Source of the DNA: Blasia pusilla
Lineage: Eukaryota
Length of the DNA: 64,000 nt
Direction: 5' to 3'
NCBI GenBank assembly: GCA_050084515.1
Contig: CM114271.1
Location: 1,984,001 to 2,048,000, forward strand
The notes under the pieces are model-generated. The model was not told the origin of the DNA. It made no database searches and worked only from the letters and a program-made list of their open reading frames with translations. The position numbers and the translations under genes were made by a program. Positions 28,175 to 39,900 of the stretch are shown here, in pieces; position 1 is the stretch's first letter, and the number at the start of each line of letters is the position of its first letter.

Positions 28175-29097
28175 TATCGTGCGCCTACTCCCTTGAACGT
28201 TAGTCTTATGTATTGCGAAAGCTTGCGTTCAATTAACAAGTAATACCCTCCTTATTAATCTGCACCCAAACACTCTCACATTAGCCCCAATTTTCATCTC
28301 TTGAGTCTTGGTCTCAAGTCATCCTTCAAGCTCAACCAATCTAGACGGGGTGAAATCTTTATTGATCTTACCCTCACTCCCCAACACAAGTAAGTCCTTC
28401 AATACTTGGGAGAGACTTCCTTGATAGTCTAGGAACCTAAAGTAGCAGCGGCGTGCCATTTGCCAAACGGTCCTAACTGCCCAATAGATCTCGAATGAGT
28501 CTCTAACCATGACTCAATATTTGAGTCATGGATCAAGGTCTAAGGTTGGTGTCCATAACTGGCCCACTCGGACTTGGATTGATATTCAAATCCTGAAGTT
28601 ATTCTCTCAATCCATCCCGTTCCATTGGTTCACCCCCATACCACTCCTTATGATCCTCAACCCAACTATCATTTTGATAGCTTGGGCATGGTTTTTAGAT
28701 CTCTCCTCATGCGTTTGTTTGGATTTTTAGTGCATTGGAATTTTCTTCTCATAACCTTTCCAAATGCCACCTAATTCACCATAAACCCAACTTTGGTCCA
28801 GTCGTTAAAACCTCAAACATGGAGAAACCCAAATGCTCAATCAAGTTTCATGCTAGGTTGAAGTCCCTTTTGCGCCCAACTCTTGTGGGACTTTAGCTCT
28901 TCTCAAATGTGGCTTGAAGTTTGGTCTTTTTCAACTAGGTTACGACCCCCATCATTTGAAATGCCCATCAAGGATCATGTCTCACTTCTATGACTCATGT
29001 CTCACTCATAAGACTCCGACGCACTTCCATCTGAGTGTGAGCTACTATAGTTTTGATGTTCCACGTTGGCACCTGTTTGGTTATGAGGGTTGTAATA
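28175..29097 (-). mobile_element. Solo LTR of the chromovirus-like Gypsy family (reverse orientation)
   Basis: Both ends align with the ends of LTR 58348-59027. Its 5-bp TSD TGCAC is at 29098-29102 and at 19601-19605, split by the copy 1 insertion. Confidence 0.8.
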
Positions 29098-32000
29098 TGC
29101 ACCAATAGATTGACTTTAAGAATGATCTTTTTATCAATGTTGAGGTTGACATCGGCCTCTAGGTCCTTCCCTTTTGAACTTTGTGATATGGAGTCACTAT
29201 CTAACTCCAATTAGTAAGCCATTCTCCTTCTAGACCTTTCCCATGTAACCTTTCTATCTCTTAGAATTTTGGCAAGGCATCCACATGGATTTTTGGGTAG
29301 TGCCGAGCAACCATGGATCACACACCATAAGATTGATGGTGAAGCTCAAGACTCCTTAAGTCAAATATTATTATGTGGGTGCACAAGATGTCATTCTTAA
29401 AGGTGGTTTCATTTTGCATGGTGGAGTCATACGTCGCTACAAATGATTTTTTGATCCAAATTCCGTGCATTCAATAAAGGGTAGGATTTTTGTAGAAGTT
29501 GTCACATGATTCTTTCTTCTTTTGGATGATGCCATATATGTTTGTCAATGGGTTGATATATGGATATGTGCAAAAAAACTCATATCAAAGGAATGTTGTA
29601 TATCCCCACTTGCCACTATAATAGAGGTTATGTTGGAAATACAATCTCTATGATAGATTGACGGCATGGGTATAACCTTTGAGGGTGACTATGGAAGATT
29701 TTTTATGCCTCCTCTAAGAAACAATAAAGTCCATGCCTATACCATCCCCAATACCTCCACAATTAGTAGAGATGTCGCAAGCTAGTGTGAGAATGTATTT
29801 GTCTTATATCAAGTTGTGCATCACGAAATCACAAATCCAATAGATGCAACCTTGGGTTTAGATATGTAGGGATCTCCATTTTATTCCTAGTAAGTATGGG
29901 TTCATTAACCTAGTAAGTAGATCACTATAGTACTAGTACTACTTGGAGTGTGATTCAATATTAAGGAGGTGCCCATAAAATATTCTTGTTGGCATACCAA
30001 TACGTGGAAGTACGGGCTAGATAACATATAGTGAAGGAGTCTACGTCGGGCCCCAAGACAAGAATCAAAGTCTTTGCGCTCAATTGGAGAGTTGTGGATG
30101 ACTATCCCATTTCCCCATATATATATATATATATATATATTGGTACATTGTATCGAGGGAAATATGCTCCCCTATTTTGGATCGAGGGAAATAGTCAAGG
30201 GGGATCCTTCATTCCTAAAATATCTATTCTCTCCCCATGCCTTGAATGTGAAGGAAATCTGACAACGTTAATATATCGACAGTGATCCTATACTATATAG
30301 GAACATTTATGGCTATATCCTACCTTGTTGTCCTTTCCAAGATGGCAACATCAAGTGGGAGTATGTAGAGGGTTGACAAAAGCCATTCTATCTACATGGG
30401 ATAAGGGTTTCTATATTTCTACACTTGCAACTTGAATCATAGAGATAGGTGAAGAAATGGTTTTTAGGTATGAATCAAAAGTCACTCTATGAATATCATT
30501 CCAAGGATTTAGGAGACAAATATTGCATGGTTACTCTCTCTAATAAAAAAACATAGTCTTTGAACTTGCAAGAGTGGTATTTAATCACCAAAGAATGTGT
30601 TTTTTTACTCCTTCCAAAGAAGAATATATATGGAAAAAAGTTCTTGATCATTATATGAATAGGTTATTTGTTGTGTCGGACTAGAATACAAGGTGAAACA
30701 TGCTTGTACTTGTGATTAGTTTCTATATTGAGGGAAGGGTGCTACACTGAAGTCTTGTTCATATTGTAAAAAATGCAATAATGCAAGAAAATGAGGAAAA
30801 ATATCTTGTGGAATTGTCTCCGACGCTTCATAATCATTTCGCTTTTACTTCATACATATTGATCGATAATTGAGTTGAGAATGTGGCATGCCAACCATGT
30901 TTCTAAAGAGGGATTTATGTGGCTTGCATTGGATTTACCAATACCTTTTCATATAGAGAGTATGTTTTCTAATTGGAGAGAGTAACCATGCCACATTTGG
31001 CGTGGACTAGCCCTAGATGGGATATGATCATATAAGATTACATATATATCTTACTCTATGTGGCCAATGATATTTTTGAATTAGAAAATCTCATCATAGC
31101 TTGCTGTAATGTACAACTCTAGGAAAAAGATACTCTTTCTATCGCAAAGTATAAAGTTCGTTCCCAAGAGACCACTATTTCCTGAGTAAAGAGAGGTTTT
31201 ATAAAGAATATCAAGAATGAACTCCTTCTTCACTAAAATGCTTCCCTAACTACAATGAAACTGTCTTACAAGTACAAAAGAATAAAAGGCTTTTTCTTTC
31301 CTCTTGTAAAAGACTCTTCTCAAGTGTATACAAAGACTCTTGCAAATGTGCAATAATAAAGCTCCACAAAGACCTCAGAGAAACCTCAAGAATGGCGGCT
31401 CACCCTACTTTCAGAACTAAATCCGTGATGGCAGGTTACTCACTGTCTAATAGCTTTCCTACAGTTCTTCGTGATTATCTTCTGGAATTCTGAAACTACA
31501 AGACTCAACTCTCATCTCTACTGCAGCCCAATACGATCTACATTCAATTCCGCACCTAAGAAAGAATGAGAGAAGACTCTTCTTCTACATCAAAGAGTGG
31601 AAAGAACTAGAAAATTATCACAAGCTTCATAAAGTAAAAGACTCTTTAGCTTGGATCATCCCTCAACCAAGCTTCCTACACACTCACCAAGACTGCTGGT
31701 AAACTCAAAATACACGGAATAATATTGAGAAATTCAAGACACAAGGGAATGATCCCTTCTTCCACTATTTTGGTCTTTAAATAGTCTTTTATAATCCCTG
31801 ATTGCTCTTCCTATTCTAATATAGATTTATAATTGCTAATCCTAACCTTCTCTATTCAGATTCTCCAACCCTTCATCTTCTTAAGTCTGTTGGTTGCCCT
31901 GGTGTTCATTTCCGCTCCCTTTAAACCACTGCGCCGCTCCATTTTCGGCTTTCGAAATCTCCGCGACGGTTCAATCTTTGCAATCCTATCTTTGCGAAGA

Positions 32001-32503
32001 CTATTTGATCTTCGTTCTTTGTTCACAGTCTTCGCTCTTTGGTCTTCGTTTATAGTCTTCTCACGAAGACTCCACGTTTACTAAGTTGGAGGAAAATTTG
32101 CACCTTAGATCCCAAGATTGCAAGGCATCTTGAAATATACATGGAGGCAGTAGTTCAGGAGTTGGTATTATTATGATAGGGAGTTTGCACATTTGATCAG
32201 AGAGTCTCATGTTTAGAGACTTATCAAATATTTAGGCTTCAAGCTTTATTCATGTGGGCGTTGTATTATATGTTGGCATACTCAACATATGTGCCCGACA
32301 TAGAGGCGGTATATTGTCAATTATTGTTGACCATAGTAGATTCCAACGCTACAAAGTCTCTTCCATGAGCGCATATGATATGGATAGATTTGGTAGGAGG
32401 GCCATTGAATGATATAGAAATGCCAAGCATCATAACATATTATATGGATTGGATGGTACGAGAGGATAGGGTGTGTCCGGGTGAGATTTTCAAGCCTAAT
32501 TTG

Positions 32504-32751
32504 CAAGGTTGCACGGAAACAGAAAAGTTTGGACATGTTGCCCAGGTATCCTTGGCCCACATCCGAGCCTGCGTGTCGAGCCCATAGCGGGCACCCGATT
32601 GGCCGTGCTCGCATTGGTTTTTTGGCCCCCAACTAAGCCTGCCGTGGCATGCTTGCCTTGCGGCTTGTTGTGGGCCACAAAACCTTACGGGCTTGGCTAG
32701 CCCTACCAAATTAGCAGGATTGCAAACTAACTTTATCCATGTGCAACCTTG
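32504..32751. mobile_element. hAT-family MITE, about 248 bp
   Basis: Perfect 11-bp TIRs CAAGGTTGCAC / GTGCAACCTTG, the same as the hAT end at 24745. No matching 8-bp TSD. The right end abuts the truncated RT of copy 2. Confidence 0.75.
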
Positions 32752-33299
32752 CCAACCTCCACTAATCCATCCTCCAAAAGGTCCAACGTCCTACTCTGAA
32801 TCAGGTCCCTCTCCATATCACTATAGCGGTAGGGACGACGGAAGATTGGCGTATCACTAGCCAAATCAATCCGTATACTGGGTCCAACCAAAGCACCCAA
32901 CTCCTTCATGCTAAAGGCAAAACAACTCCTATAAGCACGAGGAACCGTGTCAGCGCCGTTTCTCACCTCCCGTAAGCTTGGGCCCAAGTAATGGCTCCCA
33001 AGTCTCCTCCACGGCACACTAGAGAGAGGACGACGCCATTGGTCGCTATGCAACCCCTCACAAGATAGTACACCCTTAGCTACACCATCATCGAGCAAAT
33101 AACTCCTCCACCAAAGATGAGCAACCAACTCCACATGCCCAGCCATTACATCCCATTTATTCCAAGGATGCAAAATACTACTCTCCTCGCCCCCAGCTGA
33201 TGCCTCTATCGTCTCGGTATCCATCGAGCTCATCACAAGGGGTGGAAGACCCACAGACATAGTCCCAAGTTGACGCTGCTCGGCCATACCAAGACTCAA

Positions 33300-34240
33300 A
33301 ATCCAGGTCAAACAATTCAGGTCCATGGCTTGACCCAACACATGTCGTCGTGAAGCCTCAGAAATGGAAGCAACCGTTGTCACACCAATAGCAAATCCCA
33401 TCGCACGCTCTCTCTCATCAGCGTTAGGCACCACCAACTATTGCACATGAGAATCCCATACAAGCCCAGGACCACCTTCCGTGTAGGCATGTGACGAGGG
33501 AAAACTCACAAATGTGGGTAGTGCCATCCTAGCCTGCCCCACACGATTCACCACTGCCATGGGTGACCGATCAATAACCCTCACCACCTGAGAAAGTCGC
33601 CCACTATCCAAGATACTATCCATTGTAAGGCAAGGATCCCACTGCACTGCATCATATGCTTGACGTAGAACCTCCCTAGGCAATAAGTTTGTCCACCACA
33701 AGCGTGGACGATGTGCACGCAAGCCAACTCGCGCTGCATCCAACAACACCACTAGTCCAATCCAAGACTGCACCTCATGAACACTCGCCATCATCGGGTC
33801 CAAGTGTCACCCAACAATGGAACATTCTCCAGAATGTAAGCTGGAGCACGTGCCTGATGAACCTGAAGATGTCGTAATACCGATAACATCTCCCAAAACA
33901 ATCAAGACCTAGGGTCGTGTAATCCCTCACCACGACCAGCACGTGTATGACCCTAACATGGCCATCCAGAAATCACCAAATCCACAAGACCAACCCTCTT
34001 AAGGTCTTGCGCCCCCAACAATGCAATGTGTGACGGCAAAGCACGCTGGTACCCACGAATTGCTAATAGCGGCAACAACTCAGGATATCTCCGCATCAAC
34101 TGACTGATATGTCGGGATGAGACTCTCTGGGCTGTCTCATCTCGCTCCACATACACGGATCTCCGCACAGGAATACCGGACTGCAACATTGTAGCCAAAC
34201 CAGTGGTAATCCCACCAAAGAGATCTAACACAGAAATGCC
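33300..34240 (-). pseudogene. DNA (cytosine-5) methyltransferase catalytic domain, DNMT3-like, inside retrotransposon pol
   Basis: Motifs in canonical order: I VLDLFGGI; II YVERD; IV VDLVISGWPC* (TAG, probably ex-CAG, giving PCQ); V GEGLHDPRS*LFWE; VI YILENV; VII-VIII LLDAARVGLRAHRPRLWWTNL; IX ERERAMGF; X SRRHVLGQAM. Motifs V and VI were hand-translated from 33955-33815. Confidence 0.92.
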
Positions 34241-34689
34241 CTCCGGCGGATATTGCCATACAATGGGTTTAGTATCCAAAGGGGATAACCCAAGTGGACC
34301 AGAAGTAGGAGTCCGCCGTGGGGCCTCCTCTTCCTCGTGAGGTATAAGAGCCTCACACCAAGCCTCCTACACTAGGCGATCAACCTCTTGCCGTAGTGCA
34401 CCGCCTAAACTCCAAAGTGGCACATCCAACGATGAGGATGCCACTGCTGCAAAACTAGGGACCTCCTCATGCACAGGAGAATCCATAGCAGAAACATTAC
34501 CCTCCAAAAAGTCTCCTGGCCAAGTGACTACTCCACTAAAACCAGCCACAGATGCTAACATCGTTGGAGAAGACCCTCCTGGTCGAGCCCCATAAATAAA
34601 TCTCACAGGAACTTGGCTCATACGTCCATCCCCGGACTGCCAACCAGGTCTATAAGACATTGTCTCAGTCCAGTAATCCATCTGAAAAC

Positions 34690-35000
34690 CCATCGGGTAC
34701 AATACTGCTCCTCCAACTAGTACATCATACGACTCGGCTGATGTGACCACTGCAGGTACTCCCAACCGGGAGCTATCAGTCGCATGATCTGGTCTCAACT
34801 GTATAGAAAAATTCTCCCGTATCATGAATTGAGACCTATCATTGGCTCCTCCAAGTGATGTTTGAATCTGGAATGGGCAAGGCTCAAGCTCTGACCTCCA
34901 AATATCCAAACCAATACATGTCGCCTTTCCCAACATCAAAGGTTGGGCACCAAAGTCTAACAAGACTCTATGTGGTCTATACACATGTCCTGTAGGACTC
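34690..35000 (-). pseudogene. Retropepsin-like aspartic protease domain
   Basis: VLLDFGAQPLMLG (decayed D-S/T-G) and C-terminal YDVLVGGAVL in ORF 35125-34367. Confidence 0.7.
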
Positions 35001-35819
35001 ACCAATCGGAATATCCCACTCTGGTTGTACAACATACATACACTAGGTGTAAGCCTCTCACGATCAATGGGCTGGTCGGGCTGGTAATGCATCCATCTTC
35101 GCCGCTGCTGCCTGCCAAGTAGCACTGGTACTCAATGCTACACTTGACATAGAGGGTCGCTCCACCGCAACACCCTCATCCACCTCAACACGTATAGTAG
35201 TAACACCCCCACGTTCACACAATGTGGCTGCTAGCTGAAATATAGGAGCTAAGTCAACTCCTAAAGCCATCAGTTCCATGGCCGAAAACAATGGGGATCC
35301 CAACACGGTTGCCATCCGCATATCTGATCGATGTCGATCTGTGTCTACTACACGCGATGTAGATGCCTCAATCCCCACTGTCGGCTCAATAGGATGCGTA
35401 GGAAGCATGGATGGAGTCCTAAGCACCTCAGACAACAAGAATGACTGGGGAAGCCTAGCGTGCCTCCCAGCCTCATCCCTCTGTGGGTCCAACTCTATAG
35501 TAGCACCACGTGGCTCTGATGCTCGAGTGGCTCCTCTCGTAACTGCAGCTCATGCCTCAACTTGTGCTGCACTCGCCATATAAGAGAGATCATCCCCTCC
35601 ACAAGAGGTGGGAGCCCCTGCTCCCGAATCTGATCTATGTTGGATACCAGCCATAGTAGCCAACTTTGCTCCAATCGCCAATCATGGCGACCATAGTTGA
35701 CTCTGAGTAGTGGTAGGGGTAGCCACCGTGAGGCTCTCCAACCACTAGTCCACCCCTACCACCTCTACCACCTCGGCCTCTCTGAGTTACTCTCCACCAT
35801 GCCGCGGCGGCCTCGATCT

Positions 35820-36950
35820 CAACTCGATGAAGATCAAAGCAACGCCTCGAGGATGGCCTGGTCTCCCGCAATGATCACACTAAGTTGGGGCCGATCGAGG
35901 CCCATCCTCCAAAGTCCGTCTCCCATCCTCTTGGGGACAAAACCTCCTAACATGATCACCTCCACATGTCCAACATGATCGCCCTTGCTGCGGGGCAGCA
36001 AATGAAGGCAATGGTCTCTGCGCAAGTGTCCTCTAGGACTGGACCGAGGTCGTGTGTACCCCAGACTCCCACTACTACTACCACCACCACCACTACTACG
36101 AGATCGTGAGGTGGGTCACGAACACGAGAAGTAGTAGTTGTATCCCTCTTGAATGCGGATGTCACCACTCTCTCCTTCACCATGTTAAGCTCAATCTTCT
36201 CAGATAGAGCAAACACATGGGTTAATATGGGTGAATCATCACTCATAAGAGTAGCATCACGTACCCTGCGGCGCAACTCTGTGTCCAAGATCCCATACCA
36301 AAACTGGACTGCCTAAGCCTTAGTCACACCCTGGGTAACTGAAATCAAGCATTGCATACGAGTGTATGCCTCACGAAGACTCTCACCAATCTTTCGCTCA
36401 AATTCCTGAAGACTCCTCAACTTCTCTGTCTTCACTCCCTGATAGTTCTTCTTCAACCTCTTGAAGAACTCTGCAATCGGGCTGAACGATGGTGGGGCAC
36501 TAGTACCTCAACTAGTACCCCCATTGGTACCTCCTTGGGTACCTCCACTAGTACCCCCACTCCGGCTTGTACTCGTACCACTCAACGTCGGGATGGCTGG
36601 CATAGTAGGAGCACTACTATCAATACCACCATGGGTGATAGACACATAGCCTGGAGACCAATATTGTCTCCACGCCTCAATCTCAGCAACATGGTCCTTC
36701 CTAAACTCATGGTAATCATCCATGGGTGGTCCCTCCAGGTGCTGAAACAACCCCTTCCAAGCCAAGAAGGGTGTAAACAACGTGGTGTTCCGCAACATCT
36801 ACATATCACACCACGTATCAAACTCCTGCATGAAGTCCTCCAACTCAATGGTGCCCACTGCACTCGAGTATCGTTGTGGGCCCGTCCATGTCCCAAATCA
36901 ATGGAGCTGCAACACTCGATAACAACGTAGAAGACTCGGTGTTTGGAACA
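35820..36950 (-). pseudogene. gag remnant with two zinc knuckles
   Basis: Hand translation gives CWTCGGDHVRRFC (about 35975-35935) and CDHCGRPGH..CFDLH (about 35880-35825, frameshifted). A capsid-like helical ORF lies upstream. Confidence 0.7.
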
Positions 36951-39900
36951 CCCTCGTCCTCCTCTTCATCAACCATCGGAAGTGGAAAAGGTAGTCGATA
37001 CCTCAATCCACTCCATGTAAAACCATCACTGTCCGCACTACGGTCGCCAACCAGACCACCAGACACCTTCGTGATGACCAACGCCGATGCCGCACCACCA
37101 CCAAATTACCACCACTAAGTAACCAAGTGACGTCGATGTCGCTGTACTATTCTAGCTCTACTAGCTATGGGTGTAGGCAACCTAACCTGTCATCACCACA
37201 AGAAGCCTCCCAGAGTCCACTGGTCATCACTCCAACCTCACTACCGGTAGCACGCAGGAGTAACACTACTCTGGAAATCAGCGTCAACCCTAATAATAGG
37301 CGCGCAAGCAAGAAGCAACGATGGAGGGGATCCAAACACAGGAAGTCCAACGACAACCCTCCAATCGCAAATGGAAATCAAGGTAACACAATCCACCAAA
37401 CGTGGCGTCCCCTGAATCCACATAACCCACCACACAATTCTAACGCAATAGCTACTCCGCTGCGGGTGCTAGTCGGACTCGCAGCACCTGAAAATATCAC
37501 CTGCATGGAGAGGCTACACCGTACTATGCGCTAGAGGTCCATCAACCAAAAACCTAAGATGCATAAAGCGCCTAACACATCTCCGGACAACACCAAATGA
37601 GCTACACCAGTGTGTACACTGGCATAGTTAAGAACTCAGCAGTTAAGCGACTTCCAGGCATAATAGCCCAAAGATGGGTGACCAGTTATGCAACACTCAA
37701 AGCAAAATCATGCAAAAACTGCCTCCTTGCTCCTTACTCTGCCTCTCACGCCCACTCGCCCCGAGCTACCATGAGTTGCCTCAAAGGCTTGAAACGACAT
37801 GCTCAAGACATGCCCCTATTGCGCCCTGTTAGCCACGCTTTGCTATGGAGAGAGGCCCAACCAGGGCATCTCCAGCGGGATAGGCGTCTCCAACAACAAA
37901 CAAGTCACCAACCAACCAGCCCCTCTAATCTGCTGTCCACCATAGCAGACCTTGAGCTAGTCCGCAAAATTTTGACCAGCAATTACTCCACAAATCCTCA
38001 ACCAAAATTGAATCTATTTCGACCAGAATTCAATTGATCACCATATTCCATACTTGCATATTGGCAGCGTCGCAAGCACAATGGGTGCTAGAGAGCGGGA
38101 TCGGATGTCATGCGAATCCACATCATCATACAACATACATCGTTGACATACCAGACTCACATACATACATAACATAGACGAGAGCATACACAAACACAAG
38201 TGTACCACAACTAAAATCCGTGAAAAACCTATTGTCATAAAACACGTATAGAATCACATACAATTGAGCCAAACCCACTCCGAGCTAGTCTGCAAAATTT
38301 CGATAAGCAATTTCTCCACAAATCCTTAACCAAAATTGAATCTGTTTTGACCATAATTCAATTGACCACCATAGCTATCTCTCCACAAAAAATCAGCTAC
38401 CACCAAGCTCTATACTCTGAGCTAAAAATCAGACAAACTTGCTGTCCATACACCTCCAGAATCGCAAATCCGACAGCGCTTCCACCCAGATTCATGCACG
38501 CAGAAATCCGCAACGCTCCACATACTCAAGCAAATAGCTTCACATGAGATCACAATACAAGTAGTAATAGGAACCTCTCACCCAATCTGGATGAACTTCA
38601 ACAAAGCTTCCGCACTCCAAGCTCTCCACATCAGAAAACCGTCGAACACGAACCAGAATCTTCAATCCTTGATAACTTCCAACTCCCTTGACGAAATCCG
38701 GCGATCTACAGCGCGTTGGAAAGCTCTCAGCAAGGCACTTTTTTCCCAACCAACCACGCACTAGATTCCCAACTCCAACATAGGCCACAAGCCACGAACA
38801 TCCACGGCTGAGTACACAATCAGCCCTAACTAGATCCTACTGATCCACAATTGAAGCTACCATCGATCTACTCTAGTTCTTTGAGTGAAATCCGTGAAAG
38901 ACCTAATGTCATAAAACACGTATAGAATCACATACAATCGAGCCAAACCCAGTCCACAATGGGAGAATCCAGGTCGAAGCTTGCGGGAACCACCATAGCC
39001 AAGAGCTCTACTCACTACCAAGGCTAACTCCCAACGCAACAGGCTCAACTCAAAGAACTAACTGTTCTTTGAGTGCACTCCACACTATATCCTCCAACCT
39101 AAGAGCAGGCCCTACTGGAAAAGTCAGCCTCAATGGAGTAACCCCCAGCCCTATGTATGAAATCGCATCTCTACCTAGACACTACGGCCCTACATAAGGT
39201 ATGGCCTCTACTAGCACACTATACTCTACGACATAATCCGTATGGTCATGACAGTGGTCACACAATTATGTGTATTGAAGAAAATTTGTTGGGAAAAATT
39301 GAATCTGGCGAGAAGAAAATCCGCGCAAATCCGACTGGTGTTAGAATTTTCTCGCTAAGCTGCATGTTGGTAGATTGTGCGTAGGGCTCAAGCATGCTAT
39401 CTCATCACACATAAGGACAATCAGAGTTGCTACCAGACTCATGGCGCAATCCCGCTCGATTGGGATCTCTACTGATGCGTGCAAGACACCCATGCACTCT
39501 TCTCAGAGGCACGCATCCTCATTCCTTCAGCTAACACTTCCCAAACAGGATCAAAAATATTTTGGCCAAGTGAGTGTGGGCGAGTACAAAGATCACTAAC
39601 CAACTCATATATTCACAAATAACTCAAAAAATACCATATTAAATATTATGCTTTATAATGTGTGGCACATTCTCTTTCCTAGAAGTAGCTGCGATCAAAG
39701 TTTCCTCGCCACACCCTCCTCCGATAATAGTAGCTACCCCGCTGCCACTTACTCTGGTGTTAGAATGATGCCTGGGTTGCCACTCACTCCACGTGGTAGT
39801 CAGCTCACTTCCACTCCACAAGAAACTCTATTTATCAGCACTCATGAAGATTCGAATGTTAACAGATGTGTGCCTCCAACAAGACGCGAGTTATAGGTAA

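Larger units (their letters stand above)
32752..39253 (-). mobile_element. DNMT/PHD Gypsy-like retrotransposon, copy 2 (5' half, diverged subfamily)
   Basis: Starts TGTCATGAC at 39253 on the minus strand. A-like repeat at about 39253-38888, then a long leader, gag, protease, DNMT and the start of RT (YRSCFAFSMKELG...TPIFRRPYRYSDMER, also in copy 3). Confidence 0.88.

Noticed and set aside
29200-31100. Decayed coding-like region with a possible CxC/SWIM-like motif near 30700
   Set aside because: Too degenerate to assign by eye; needs a translated search.
33300-34240. Host DRM/DNMT3 gene or bacterial restriction-modification methylase
   Set aside because: It is intronless, collinear within pol between protease and RT, and repeated in a second TE copy. 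The motif order is not DRM-permuted, and no restriction enzyme or bacterial context is present.
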